From: Ignavibacteriota bacterium
Lineage (GTDB): Bacteria > Bacteroidota > Ignavibacteria > UBA10030
DNA: 64,000 nt
Direction of reading: 5' to 3'
Assembly: GCA_963701295.1 (NCBI GenBank)
Contig: OY969585.1
Span: 256,001-320,000, forward strand
The position numbers and the translations under genes were made by a program. A model generated the notes under the pieces. The model was not told the DNA's origin, ran no database searches, and saw nothing but the letters and a program-made list of their open reading frames with translations. Below, piece by piece: positions 31,696 to 42,053 of the stretch; the stretch's first letter is position 1, and each line of letters opens with the position of its first letter.

Positions 31696-31914
31696 ATGCC
31701 TGATAATTTGCTGCTTATAGTCTTTGGGATTCTCTCCACCATCGGCTTACTCATTGGCGGTATTGCTATTTATCTTGCAATGCAGAGCGCCAAGAAAAAA
31801 GACGGCGAACTAATGATGGCGTTCTGGGCATTTGTCGCACTTGCGAGCCTTACTTTTGCTGGTATGAGCTGGGCATATTTTATTATTCCGATTCTGGCCA
31901 ACCGGTTGTTTTGA
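31696..31914 (+). CDS. small 2-TM membrane protein
   Basis: Two hydrophobic helices with a basic loop. Confidence 0.7.
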   Translation: MPDNLLLIVFGILSTIGLLIGGIAIYLAMQSAKKKDGELMMAFWAFVALASLTFAGMSWAYFIIPILANRLF

Positions 31915-31922
31915 TTTTCCAG

Positions 31923-31975
31923 CTTGCCTTTTATTCAAGTCTGAATTACCTTCCTTTTATATAAAATTATATCGA
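31923..31975 (+). promoter_or_regulatory. duplicated 53-bp promoter, copy 1
   Basis: TTGCCT-17 bp-TACCTT; near-identical to 33439-33491. Confidence 0.65.
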
Positions 31976-32004
31976 CCAGAACAAAATAATTATGGAGGAA
32001 GGGA

Positions 32005-32949
32005 ATGAATATCTTTTTAACAGGCGGAACAGGTTTTATAGGGTCGTATGTTGCCATGGAGCTCATAAAACAAGGACACCAAGTAACTACATTGGCACGT
32101 AATCAGAATAAAGTACCCGCATTAAAAAAAATAGAACAACTCGAAATCGTAGAGGGTGATATCACCGACTTGAAATTACTAGAGAAATTGATCGTTGGTA
32201 AAGATGCATGCATTCTTGTCGCCTTGAATTACACGAAGCAGATCGGATGGGAAGTTCTGAAGGATGATACGCTGCCGACGGTATTTCTCTCTGATGTCGC
32301 AGCAAAAGCAAATGTAAAACATTTCATATATACATCCTCTACGGCAGCGAATGATAGTCTTTATATGGTGCCTGAGAGTGAAAAAGATAAAACAATTAAA
32401 ATTGTTACTGTTCGCACCAAACAGCATCCTGCAACATTTTACGGCGCCACAAAAGCCGCAAGCGAGAACTATCTGATGGCACAATCCTATTATTCACCGA
32501 TGCGGGTAAACATCATCCGGCCCGGATACACTTTTGGAAATCCAGTGATTGAGGGAGCCAGTATCCAAGGCGACACAAGATTCCATAATATGGTCAAGGA
32601 TGCATTGGCTCATAAACCTATCACAGTCATTAAAAATGACGGCACACAATTCATCTGGGCAGGAAATTTGGCTAAATTGTACATAAAAGTTTTACATAGC
32701 GACGTAAGCAGGAAGACATATTTTGGTCTTTCCAAAAATTTTACTTCCTGGTATGCAATTGCGAAAGAAACGGTAAAGAAATGCAACTCAAAGAGCCCAA
32801 TAATATTAGAGGATAAAGGGTGGAGTGATGATGGGGTGACTTGGGACGTTTCCGACATGAAAAATGACTTTAATCTTGAGTTTGACCCTTGGGATAAAAT
32901 CACAGAACATCTGGATTATTACATCCACCTGGAGAGCAAAGGCCGATAG
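32005..32949 (+). CDS. NAD-dependent epimerase/dehydratase (extended SDR)
   Basis: TGGTGFIG, YGATK. Confidence 0.9.
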   Translation: MNIFLTGGTGFIGSYVAMELIKQGHQVTTLARNQNKVPALKKIEQLEIVEGDITDLKLLEKLIVGKDACILVALNYTKQIGWEVLKDDTLPTVFLSDVAAKANVKHFIYTSSTAANDSLYMVPESEKDKTIKIVTVRTKQHPATFYGATKAASENYLMAQSYYSPMRVNIIRPGYTFGNPVIEGASIQGDTRFHNMVKDALAHKPITVIKNDGTQFIWAGNLAKLYIKVLHSDVSRKTYFGLSKNFTSWYAIAKETVKKCNSKSPIILEDKGWSDDGVTWDVSDMKNDFNLEFDPWDKITEHLDYYIHLESKGR

Positions 32950-33014
32950 TATTCCTCTGCCAAATACACAAGTATGATCATAGTTGACAATCCTTTAAAA
33001 AGGAAGGAAAGCAT

Positions 33015-33377
33015 ATGAGTGAAATGCTTTCTTATTGCGGATTGGTTTGCAATACATGTCCAATCTATTTAGTTACAAGAGAAATAAACAGAGAAGAGCA
33101 GGCGAGGAAGAGAGCTGAAATCGCTCGACTGTGTAGAGAACAATATGGAATGAAGTATGAGATAGCAGATATTACCGATTGCGACGGTTGCCGAATAGAA
33201 AATGGAAAATTATTCTCGGGCTGCAAGGATTGTGCCATCAGAAATTGTGCACAACAGAAAAAAATAGAGAATTGCGCTTATTGTATTGAATATCCATGCG
33301 AAAAACTTGAAAATTTTTTTATAAAGGATCCAGAGACTAGGACACGACTGGATGAGGTGAGAAGTAGCATCCCATAA
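33015..33377 (+). CDS. DUF3795 Cys-rich protein
   Basis: YCGLVC..CP, CDGC, C.IRNC, CAYC.EYPC. Confidence 0.85.
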   Translation: MSEMLSYCGLVCNTCPIYLVTREINREEQARKRAEIARLCREQYGMKYEIADITDCDGCRIENGKLFSGCKDCAIRNCAQQKKIENCAYCIEYPCEKLENFFIKDPETRTRLDEVRSSIP

Positions 33378-33438
33378 ATAGCCGTTAGATGACCGCAGTA
33401 TAATTAAGCCTTATCGCCTATCCTCTTTCTCGTTTCTA

Positions 33439-33491
33439 CTTGCCTTTCATTCAAGTCTGAATTACTTTACTCTTAGATAAAAATACATCGA
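33439..33491 (+). promoter_or_regulatory. duplicated 53-bp promoter, copy 2
   Basis: TTGCCT-17 bp-TACTTT. Confidence 0.65.
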
Positions 33492-33507
33492 ACGACTGAA
33501 GGAGTAC

Positions 33508-34140
33508 ATGATAACTCGCTTACAATATCTTCTTCATAAAAAAGAATTGAAAGTTTTTTTACAACTTACTTCGCCGATCAAGATACAGAATTTTCTCGAT
33601 TCTCTTCCCTATAGTGACGAGACACGATATCGATGTCCGCGAAGCGTTTTACAGGATCATAAAGCCCATTGTTACGATGGCGCTGTCCTTGCTGCTGCCG
33701 CTTTGCAAATGATAGGGTATCCGCCGCTCCTTGTTGAAATGCTCCCCAATGACCGCGATGACGACCATATTCTTGCCGTCTTTCGACAAGGAAAAAGCTG
33801 GGGTGCTGTTGCAAAATCCAATTTTGTCGGGCTTCGATATCGTGAACCGGTGTACCAAAGTCTGCGTGAACTGGTTATGTCATACTTCGAATCATATTTT
33901 AACATTGCTGGAGAAAGAACACTCCTCGGTTACACAGCTCCATTGAACATCAACCGTTTTAACAAACTTGACTGGCTTATTCATGACAGCGTTATGGATG
34001 TTATTGGCGACGCATTGAATGGTATACGGAAATATCGTATTATGACACCGGCAATGACACGGAAACTTACATGTGTCGATGAGCGTTCATATAAGGCAGG
34101 CCTCCTTGGTTCAAAACAATCAGGCCTTTTTAAACCATAA
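33508..34140 (+). CDS. conserved hypothetical, transglutaminase/papain-like Cys-His fold
   Basis: AHCYDGA..AAAAL and DDDHILAVF. Confidence 0.7.
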   Translation: MITRLQYLLHKKELKVFLQLTSPIKIQNFLDSLPYSDETRYRCPRSVLQDHKAHCYDGAVLAAAALQMIGYPPLLVEMLPNDRDDDHILAVFRQGKSWGAVAKSNFVGLRYREPVYQSLRELVMSYFESYFNIAGERTLLGYTAPLNINRFNKLDWLIHDSVMDVIGDALNGIRKYRIMTPAMTRKLTCVDERSYKAGLLGSKQSGLFKP

Positions 34141-34912
34141 CAGCATCAACATCCAGATGAAGAATGAGAAGCAACAACAATCAAAAATCCTTTTAGAAAA
34201 ACTGAGAGAGAGAGAGAGATTTCGTACATCCGGTGAAGAAGCAGCTCAACGTTATCAAATAATTCACCATAACCGTTTTCACAAAACTCTCAAAATCTGC
34301 AAAGAACTAATCCAAGATTCTCACGCACGCGTGCTCGATGTGGGTCCGTCATACTTCACAACACTCTTGGCACAAGAATACAAATACGTTTCTACACTTG
34401 GACTCGATATGATGACGGATGATGGGGGTCAGCGTAATGATTTTGCTCTTGCCCTGGCACTTCCCCATGTGAAGTTTGAATTAAATAAATCAGGAAATAT
34501 CAGACACTGGCCAAAGGTTGCACGACCATTTGATTTGATCGTGTTCGCTGAGACGCTCGAACATCTGTATACTGCTCCGGAATATTCATTGGCGTTTCTT
34601 GGAAGCCTTCTGACCGAGAAGGGAATTCTTCTCGTCACAACACCCAATGCTGCAATGATCATGAAGCGTCTCATTTTATTGCTCAAGGGAAAAAATCCTT
34701 ACGAGAAAATTCGATTAATTGCAGAGAACCCGGGACATTACAGGGAATATACGATGAAGGAGTTGGTCGACATTGGTGCACAGTGTCGACTTAATTCCGT
34801 CTATGCCGAATACATTAATTTTTATGCTTCTACAAATTTTATTTATGGATTTCTGAAACGTTTGAAGTCCACATTCAAGGATAGCTTTGTGGTTGCATTT
34901 CGGAGAATGTAA
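34073..34912 (+). CDS. class I SAM-dependent methyltransferase
   Basis: VLDVGP, FDLIVFAETLEHL, LLVTTPN, HYREYT; likely start 34157. Confidence 0.85.
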   Translation: MSMSVHIRQASLVQNNQAFLNHNSINIQMKNEKQQQSKILLEKLRERERFRTSGEEAAQRYQIIHHNRFHKTLKICKELIQDSHARVLDVGPSYFTTLLAQEYKYVSTLGLDMMTDDGGQRNDFALALALPHVKFELNKSGNIRHWPKVARPFDLIVFAETLEHLYTAPEYSLAFLGSLLTEKGILLVTTPNAAMIMKRLILLLKGKNPYEKIRLIAENPGHYREYTMKELVDIGAQCRLNSVYAEYINFYASTNFIYGFLKRLKSTFKDSFVVAFRRM

Positions 34913-35420
34913 CTCTGCATGTATTATTTATATGGAAAGGAACAGCTTTATGATAGAACATAAAAATTTTATTGATGCTATTGAGCGACTTCCCGATGCT
35001 CTTGGTGCCGCTATACATGGGTTGTCTGATAAGCAGCTCGATACGCCTGTCGGCGAGGGCAAATGGACCATCCGGCAAATTACGCATCATATTGCCGATG
35101 CCAATATGAACGCGTGCATTCGGATGAAGCTCATTGTCACTGAAGAAAAGCCAATCCTGAAACCTTATAACCAAGATCAATGGGCAATTCTTGCAGATTG
35201 CAGAAGCAGTCCGATTGAATCAACCCTGACGCTTCTTAAAGGATTGCACGAACGATGGGTTCTTTTCTTGCAATCGCTGCCGGAACCAAGTTGGACGAGA
35301 GAAGGAATTCATCTGGAAAACGGCAAGGTGGCACTTTTTGATGTACTAAAATTATATTCAAGACACGGTGAATCTCACATGCAGCAGATCATTACATTCC
35401 GTGAAAAAATGAAATGGTAG
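34887..35420 (+). CDS. DinB/YfiT family metal-dependent thiol transferase
   Basis: WTIRQITHHIAD, PYNQDQWA, HGESH; likely start 34950. Confidence 0.9.
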   Translation: MWLHFGECNSACIIYMERNSFMIEHKNFIDAIERLPDALGAAIHGLSDKQLDTPVGEGKWTIRQITHHIADANMNACIRMKLIVTEEKPILKPYNQDQWAILADCRSSPIESTLTLLKGLHERWVLFLQSLPEPSWTREGIHLENGKVALFDVLKLYSRHGESHMQQIITFREKMKW

Positions 35421-35429
35421 ACAGAATCC

Positions 35430-35771
35430 ATGATGAATCATGAATGGATTAAATCATTCCCTGGCGCGATTACTGTTTGCGATGTCCAAGGGATCATTCT
35501 TGAGATGAACGATAAGGCAATCGATGTCTTCAAAGAAGATGGCGGTGAAAAGCTGCTCGGAAAGAACCTGCTTGATTGCCACCCGGAGCATGCCCGTTTG
35601 CGAGTTGAAGAAATACTTCAAACTCAAAAACCAAATTATTACACCATCGAAAAGCGTGGTGTAAAAAAGTTGATTTATCAGGTACCGTGGTATCAAGATG
35701 GAACGTATGCCGGTTTTATTGAACTCAGCCTTCCCATTCCATCCGAAATACCGCATTTTATTCGATCGTAA
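35430..35771 (+). CDS. stand-alone PAS domain protein
   Basis: ITVCD..G.ILEMN, LLGKNLLDCHP. Confidence 0.85.
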   Translation: MMNHEWIKSFPGAITVCDVQGIILEMNDKAIDVFKEDGGEKLLGKNLLDCHPEHARLRVEEILQTQKPNYYTIEKRGVKKLIYQVPWYQDGTYAGFIELSLPIPSEIPHFIRS

Positions 35772-35790
35772 GAGAAAGAGATAAACACTT

Positions 35791-36198
35791 ATGCAATTCC
35801 TCGAATGGGAAGATTCATATAATATCGGTGTGAAAGAGATCGATATTCAACATCGTGGATTATTCGACATTATTAGCAAACTCTCCGCAACACGGCGATT
35901 CGAGACTGAAGGACGATATTTCTACGCTACATTGGATAAAATTGTCGAGTATGCGAAGATTCACTTCGCTACCGAGGAACGTTATATGCGGGAAGCCCAA
36001 TATCCAAAATTAGCTGAACATCAGGAAGAACATAGGTCATTCTTTCCGGAAGTGGAGAAGCTTATGAAAGATCTTGAAAACAAACAACCGAACATTCAAC
36101 AAAAGATTCTTGATTTTCTTAAAGATTGGTACATGTCCCATATTTTGGGATCAGATCGCGATTATCAAAAAACGCTCAAGGATAAAGGATTTACATAA
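35791..36198 (+). CDS. bacteriohemerythrin
   Basis: W.DSYNIGV.EID.QH, HFATEE, HQEEH, HILGSD. Confidence 0.9.
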   Translation: MQFLEWEDSYNIGVKEIDIQHRGLFDIISKLSATRRFETEGRYFYATLDKIVEYAKIHFATEERYMREAQYPKLAEHQEEHRSFFPEVEKLMKDLENKQPNIQQKILDFLKDWYMSHILGSDRDYQKTLKDKGFT

Positions 36199-36217
36199 AA
36201 GCAATGAGACGCAGGCA

Positions 36218-36358
36218 ATGACCATAGAATAGCAAGGCGATTATATCGTTGGTGTAAAAGAACTTGATGACCTACACCGAAGTCTGCTCAACCCGATTAA
36301 CACACTGCTTGAAGAGCAGAGAGATAAATACGAAGCAGCGCAAATTGGAGCATATTGA
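36218..36358 (+). pseudogene. hemerythrin remnant
   Basis: MTIE*QGDYIVGVKELDDLHRSLLNPIN: TAG at the conserved Trp, then truncated. Confidence 0.7.
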
Positions 36359-36573
36359 CTTTATTATGGAAACGGTTAGTCTTGCTTTAAGAATAGAAAG
36401 CAGCAGGGATGAATCGTGAATAGAACTTCTCCGATTTCTCGAAGAGCGGTATTCTTTCCATGTGCTTGGAACCGACAGACATTACATTCCATTCCTTGCG
36501 TCGATAAAGAGCACAGAAACATGACAAGCCAGATTTTAGCATCAACAAACAAGAGGATTTCTGAGGATAAACT

Positions 36574-36936
36574 ATGTCGACAAGACTTGACGAGTTCCGT
36601 AATTACCGCGCAAATATGAACGACCGTATTGGTCAAATCGGTCATCTTGGTATCAAACGTTTTTTAAATTTAGATGGTGCTGCCTACAAAGAAGGAGCGC
36701 TTGATTCCAAGACAAAAGAATTGCTGGGCTTGGTAGCTTCGGCCGTTCTCCGGTGCAACGATTGCATAGACTATCATCTCATTCAATGTATCGATGCAGG
36801 TTGGAAAGACGAGGAATTATTTGACGCATTGAACGTGGCGCTCATTGTCGGTGGAAGCATTTTTCTTCCACACTTGCGCCACGCCGTGGAAACAATCGAC
36901 GCACTTCGTGCCGAACGGAAACCTTTGGAAGTCTGA
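36574..36936 (+). CDS. carboxymuconolactone decarboxylase/AhpD family protein
   Basis: GALDSKTKEL, RCNDCIDYH. Confidence 0.9.
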   Translation: MSTRLDEFRNYRANMNDRIGQIGHLGIKRFLNLDGAAYKEGALDSKTKELLGLVASAVLRCNDCIDYHLIQCIDAGWKDEELFDALNVALIVGGSIFLPHLRHAVETIDALRAERKPLEV

Positions 36937-36989
36937 GCCCAAACAGTGAAACTTTTCCCACATAATGGAATAATTCCGAGGAGTAATTC

Positions 36990-39083
36990 ATGTCATACCT
37001 GTATCGTTTTGCATTCCTTCTTATCTGCATATTATTCTTGACTCTCTCTCTGGAAACACAAATGAAAGCACAGAAAGTACCGCTCGCATGGATGAAAGAC
37101 TCCCAAGCGAAGCTGAAGAAAGAACTTACTGATCGCTATGGCGAGTCGCAGCAAACACGTATCCAACAAGGATTGAGCCAAATTGCCAACTTTTGGTGTA
37201 CTGAAGACGGCAGCGAAGCGGTGTATGAGGATTTTGTTCGCACAAACTTCGCCGGTGATCAAGCAACACTTGATGTTATGTTCAATCGCTTCGAGAATCT
37301 GCTCGAACAACTCAACGGCCATATGAATGAAATCGGCCTTGCGTTTCGTCAGCAATCAGAGCTTGATCTTGGACCGATTTATTCGTTCGACGAAACCTTT
37401 GCTGCATATTCTCCGGACGCGCACATCACGGATGATTTTTTCAAGAACAAACTCGCATTCATAGTACTGTTGAATTTTCCGCTTACGACACTCAACGAAC
37501 GGTTGACGAGCGGTGAACAATGGTCGCGCCGCCAATGGGCAGAAGTGCGGCTGGCACAGCGTTTTTCTAAACGTATTCCGGCAGAAGTCAACCAGGCTGT
37601 TGCGGAAGCTGCTTCTATCACCGATCAATATATATCTGAGTACAACATTTATATGCATCACATCATCGATGCAAAAGGCAACCGTCTCTTCCCTCCAAAG
37701 ATGCGCCTGCTCTCACATTGGAATCTGCGCGATGAATTGAAAGCCGATTACAATGATAAAGAACATGGAATTGCCAAACAGAAAATGATTCAACAGGTGA
37801 TGGAACGGATTGTTACACAAACTATTCCGGAAGTCGTCGTGAATAATCCGAATGTGGATTGGAATCCATTTACAAATGAGGTGCAGTCGGCGGGTGTCTC
37901 AGATATCGATGCACAGACCAGAGCAAACCTTAAAGTCAGCAATTCACCAGAACCTGATACACGGTATGCAACTTTATTAAAAGCCTTCCTCGCTTCGAAG
38001 AAAGTGGACCCATATTCTCCCACTGCCCCAACATTAATCGCACGCAAATTTGATGAGGAGCGTGAAATTCCAGAAGCTCGTGTGAAAGAAATGCTCGAAT
38101 CGGTGTTGCGTTCGCCGCTCGTGCCGCAAGTGGCAAAGATCATTGAAGAGAGACTAGGCAGATCCCTTGAATCGTACGACATTTGGTACAACGGTTTTCG
38201 TGTAAAGGGAAAATATTCCGAAGCACAGCTTGATGAAATAGTGAAGAAACGATATCCGACAGCCGATGCTTATAAAGCAGACATGCCGAATATGCTAATG
38301 AAGCTTGGTTTCAGCAAGGAGCGTGCGGAATATCTTGCCGACAATATTTTGGTCGATCCGGCTCGCGGTTCGGGGCATGCTGCGGGTGCAGGAATGCGTT
38401 CAGCGAAAGCACACTTACGTACTCGTGTCGGGAAAGATGGCATGGATTACAAGGGGTTCAACATTGCCGTTCACGAGATGGGACACAATGTAGAACAAAC
38501 GCTGTCACTGAATAAGATTGATCATTACTTTCTCAGTGGTGTCCCAAATACCGCATTTACCGAAGCTATCGCGTTCGTTTTTCAGGCACACGACCTTGAC
38601 TTGCTCGGGTTGTCCACTCCCGATCCGCAAAGCGATGCGCTTAAGACACTGGATGATTATTGGATGACCTACGAAATCGCAGGTGTTTCACTTGTGGACA
38701 TGGGAATCTGGCATTGGATGTATGATCACTCCGACGCAACGCCTGCAGAACTGAAAGCCGCTATGCTTCAGATTGCAAAGGATATCTGGAACACATATTA
38801 TGCACCTGTCTTCAAGAAAAGGGATATCGTACTCCTTGCAATTTATTCACACATCATCCATTCATTTCTCTACATCCCAGATTATGCGATTGGTTATCTG
38901 ATCTCCCATCAGATTGAAGAGCAGGTGAAGAAGAGCGGTAGTGTGGGCACTGAAGTGGAACGTATGGTCAAAGTAGGGAGTATCGCACCGGATTTGTGGA
39001 TGAAGAACGCGACCGGTGTCCCAGTCGGAAGTGAAGCGATGCTGAATGCAACAGAACGGGCATTGAAAGAGTACAAAAAGTAA
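36990..39083 (+). CDS. exported putative gluzincin metallopeptidase (M3/M32-like)
   Basis: Signal peptide; HEMGH followed by NTAFTEA, late H...Y.PDY. Confidence 0.7.
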   Translation: MSYLYRFAFLLICILFLTLSLETQMKAQKVPLAWMKDSQAKLKKELTDRYGESQQTRIQQGLSQIANFWCTEDGSEAVYEDFVRTNFAGDQATLDVMFNRFENLLEQLNGHMNEIGLAFRQQSELDLGPIYSFDETFAAYSPDAHITDDFFKNKLAFIVLLNFPLTTLNERLTSGEQWSRRQWAEVRLAQRFSKRIPAEVNQAVAEAASITDQYISEYNIYMHHIIDAKGNRLFPPKMRLLSHWNLRDELKADYNDKEHGIAKQKMIQQVMERIVTQTIPEVVVNNPNVDWNPFTNEVQSAGVSDIDAQTRANLKVSNSPEPDTRYATLLKAFLASKKVDPYSPTAPTLIARKFDEEREIPEARVKEMLESVLRSPLVPQVAKIIEERLGRSLESYDIWYNGFRVKGKYSEAQLDEIVKKRYPTADAYKADMPNMLMKLGFSKERAEYLADNILVDPARGSGHAAGAGMRSAKAHLRTRVGKDGMDYKGFNIAVHEMGHNVEQTLSLNKIDHYFLSGVPNTAFTEAIAFVFQAHDLDLLGLSTPDPQSDALKTLDDYWMTYEIAGVSLVDMGIWHWMYDHSDATPAELKAAMLQIAKDIWNTYYAPVFKKRDIVLLAIYSHIIHSFLYIPDYAIGYLISHQIEEQVKKSGSVGTEVERMVKVGSIAPDLWMKNATGVPVGSEAMLNATERALKEYKK

Positions 39084-39093
39084 CAATCAAAGA

Positions 39094-39137
39094 ACCTTCC
39101 GAAGGTCAAAATAAGGCTGGCGAAACCTTCGGAAAGT
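39094..39137. terminator. REP-like inverted repeat between convergent genes
   Basis: ACCTTCCGAAGGT ... ACCTTCGGAAAGT. Confidence 0.6.
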
Positions 39138-39142
39138 ATCTC

Positions 39143-41800
39143 CTATCCACCGATCCAGTAGGTCAGCTTTAGCATGAAAATATTGTCAGGCTTTGAACTG
39201 ACAAGACGGTCGAACGAGCCGTTTAATACAAATGTCCCGTCTACTATATTATCGGAACGGCTCTGTGTCCACACTAAAAAGAGTGTAGAACCGGGCATAT
39301 ATTCCCATCGCAGCACAGCATTGCCTCGAAGAGACACAAAATTGAAATTTGGATTTGAAATGTTCATTACTGGAGTAGGCCCGCTGCCATCTGGATCAAA
39401 ATCATAGCTGCCGATTGAACCATCAGAATTAAAATTTTTCATTATTGTAGAACCATCCTTCCCGAACACCAGGAAATCAAACGATCGCGGACGCGCAAAT
39501 TCTTTGAAATTGGTAAAATTCCCCGACGAAAGTAATGGCTGAACAAAGAGTTGGAAGCTCAGCGTTGGTGTGAGTGTCCAGTCAACACGTAATTGAGCCG
39601 AGAGTTCCTTATATATCAAATCTGCAAAGATATATCGCTTGCCATATGTTCCCGTAGCAAGTGGGTCATCAAAATTGTCAATCCAGTGTGCACGATCTGA
39701 GTTGAACACATATGCCGGACCGAATGATACTGAAACACTGGAGACAGGACGCATCGTAACGGACAAGTTGATACTATGATAAAACCCATTGTGTCCTTCA
39801 TATGCATACCAGTAAGCTCCGAAAACATACTTGTTGCGGCTATCGGAAGAATAATTGAAATTCCACTCGTAGCATACAGGATTGAGCATTTTCGGGCCGC
39901 CGCGCGTACGGTAGTCGTCGAAGGATTCAAATCCATAATCATAAGTCAAACCGAAGTAATCATAGCTTGGTAATTGGTAATCAATGCCACACCACACGCC
40001 TCGGCATGTTGCATTCCCGCCGAAGTCGCACGTGCCGAAAACTGAACCGTAAATATTCACATAACGATAATATGGCGTCGGGTCATTCCACTTGTATCCA
40101 GTACCCAAATGATAATTGATTACATCGGTCCGCGACAGAAATCCGAGATCCCCTGATTCAAAACCTGGGCTGATAAATCCGAGTGCCGCATTGAGCATCG
40201 TATTGCCTTTTTGTTTGTTCAAGGTAAACCGACCGGCATAACCGCTTAACGATGTTGCAGAACTGTCTAAAAATAAATAGTGTGCATCGGGCCGCTGAAA
40301 ATAATGGGAAGAACTTTGTTGTAAATTGATCATCCGTTCACGAGTGCCTTGAACGTTCGAGACTGCGGTCCAACCGGAAATCATATACGTTTTGTCTGCA
40401 TCGAATGCTGTCCAACCATCAAGAGCAGCGACATAGGCATTTTCATTGACATCTGTCTTAATACCAGTGTCATCGAAAAATCTGTTAACAGATGTAAAAA
40501 GAATTCCTGCACCCTGCCGACCGTCGTTAAAATCCCGTTGAACGCGTGCGACCGTATATGATGTCATCGGTTCGACTTCTAACGGCCAATGTGTTCCAGC
40601 AGTATCCAATTGCGCATACTCACGTTTCGTAAAAGCTTCAATCACTCCGACATTCCATCCATCAACAACTTTACCTGTGATTTTTGCGGCACCAAGGATA
40701 TGTGTGCCGAGCGGAACATCGGCATAATCGTAATCCGGCAGTCCACGCTGCGGTGGGCGACCGATGCGGCGACTGTAAAACAAACTCGGTGATGACCAGT
40801 TAAAAGACCAATAGTTACTCACACCTCCCTGCCCGAATGAAAAGATATTCATTCCTTCGAGAAAAAAAGGGCGTTTCTCATTGAAGTATGTTTCCACATC
40901 GCTTAAATTTACGACAGCAGGATCGACTTCCACTTGCCCGAAATCCGGATTGATTGTTCCTTCGAGTACTACGTTGGTGCCTAAACCCCATTTCAAATCC
41001 GCTCCAATAGATGGAGTATATTTTGATCCTGTGTTAAACGGATCGCCGGCATCGTGTGGTGCATATTCAGCTCGTTCGGTAATGTATGGAGTAACTTCCA
41101 ATCGGGTTGGAGTTGTAATATGTTCGATACCGATAAGATCAGGAAACCGAGAAACAAATCCGCTTTCGTTCCGTGGTGTGTAAACAAGGAAGGCTTGTTC
41201 TTTTTTCCTGCCAATAATGCGGTAGAAATTGATTCCCCAAACATATTGATCATGTTGTTCGAACCGCAATTGGGAAAACGGAATCTTCATCTCAACGCAC
41301 CATCCATCAGAAGTGATACGTGGTTTTGCTTCCCATATTCCATCCCAGCTTCCATCGCTCCAATCGTCGTTATAAAGAATCCCGTCCCGCAATACGCCTG
41401 CTGCCGATACGATAAAGTAAAAAGCATTCCGTTTGTCGTGGTATGAATCGATGCCCACAGCAAATTCATCGGAACTGGCATCGTTATCACGCCGTGCGAG
41501 TCGGGCAATAATGGAATCAGGATGTATATCTTTCATTCGAGCAGCAATGTATAATGCTTCGTCATCATATGCTACCCACACTTCTGTCGATTCAGATACT
41601 GCTTGCCCCTGGTTTGGCTCTTGCTGAAAAAATGCTGTTGTACCTGCACGCTGCCAGACCGATTCAGATAATATACCGTCAATGTGCATTCGTTCATTCA
41701 CACGAATTGCATGAATTTGTTTGACGAATTCCGGTGTTTGCGCATTGAGATGTAAGAAACCCACGAAGACGATGAATAGAAAGCAGCCGACAGAATGCAT
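39143..41800 (-). CDS. DUF5916 outer-membrane protein with CBM9-like N-terminal domain
   Basis: IDG.L.E..W, EMKIPFSQLRF, NPDFGQVEVD, EKRPFFLEG, C-terminal KLTYW. Confidence 0.88.
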   Translation of the reverse strand: MHSVGCFLFIVFVGFLHLNAQTPEFVKQIHAIRVNERMHIDGILSESVWQRAGTTAFFQQEPNQGQAVSESTEVWVAYDDEALYIAARMKDIHPDSIIARLARRDNDASSDEFAVGIDSYHDKRNAFYFIVSAAGVLRDGILYNDDWSDGSWDGIWEAKPRITSDGWCVEMKIPFSQLRFEQHDQYVWGINFYRIIGRKKEQAFLVYTPRNESGFVSRFPDLIGIEHITTPTRLEVTPYITERAEYAPHDAGDPFNTGSKYTPSIGADLKWGLGTNVVLEGTINPDFGQVEVDPAVVNLSDVETYFNEKRPFFLEGMNIFSFGQGGVSNYWSFNWSSPSLFYSRRIGRPPQRGLPDYDYADVPLGTHILGAAKITGKVVDGWNVGVIEAFTKREYAQLDTAGTHWPLEVEPMTSYTVARVQRDFNDGRQGAGILFTSVNRFFDDTGIKTDVNENAYVAALDGWTAFDADKTYMISGWTAVSNVQGTRERMINLQQSSSHYFQRPDAHYLFLDSSATSLSGYAGRFTLNKQKGNTMLNAALGFISPGFESGDLGFLSRTDVINYHLGTGYKWNDPTPYYRYVNIYGSVFGTCDFGGNATCRGVWCGIDYQLPSYDYFGLTYDYGFESFDDYRTRGGPKMLNPVCYEWNFNYSSDSRNKYVFGAYWYAYEGHNGFYHSINLSVTMRPVSSVSVSFGPAYVFNSDRAHWIDNFDDPLATGTYGKRYIFADLIYKELSAQLRVDWTLTPTLSFQLFVQPLLSSGNFTNFKEFARPRSFDFLVFGKDGSTIMKNFNSDGSIGSYDFDPDGSGPTPVMNISNPNFNFVSLRGNAVLRWEYMPGSTLFLVWTQSRSDNIVDGTFVLNGSFDRLVSSKPDNIFMLKLTYWIGG

Positions 41801-42053
41801 TGGTACCTCGCTTAAAAATCATTTTTACATATTACGTTAGACTTTCTATGATACGAGAAGGTTGTGGAAACAAAAAAACAATTTTGACCTTTCTGATGAT
41901 ACTTTAAGTAATAAATACGGGTTTTCTATCTTCGATGTTACAGCATTGAGTAATTAAAATAGTAACTTACGATTATACTTCAACGTTGTTTATAACAACG
42001 AAAAATTGTTGAAACTCCAAGGCGATATTTGTATATTGTATATGTCATAATTA

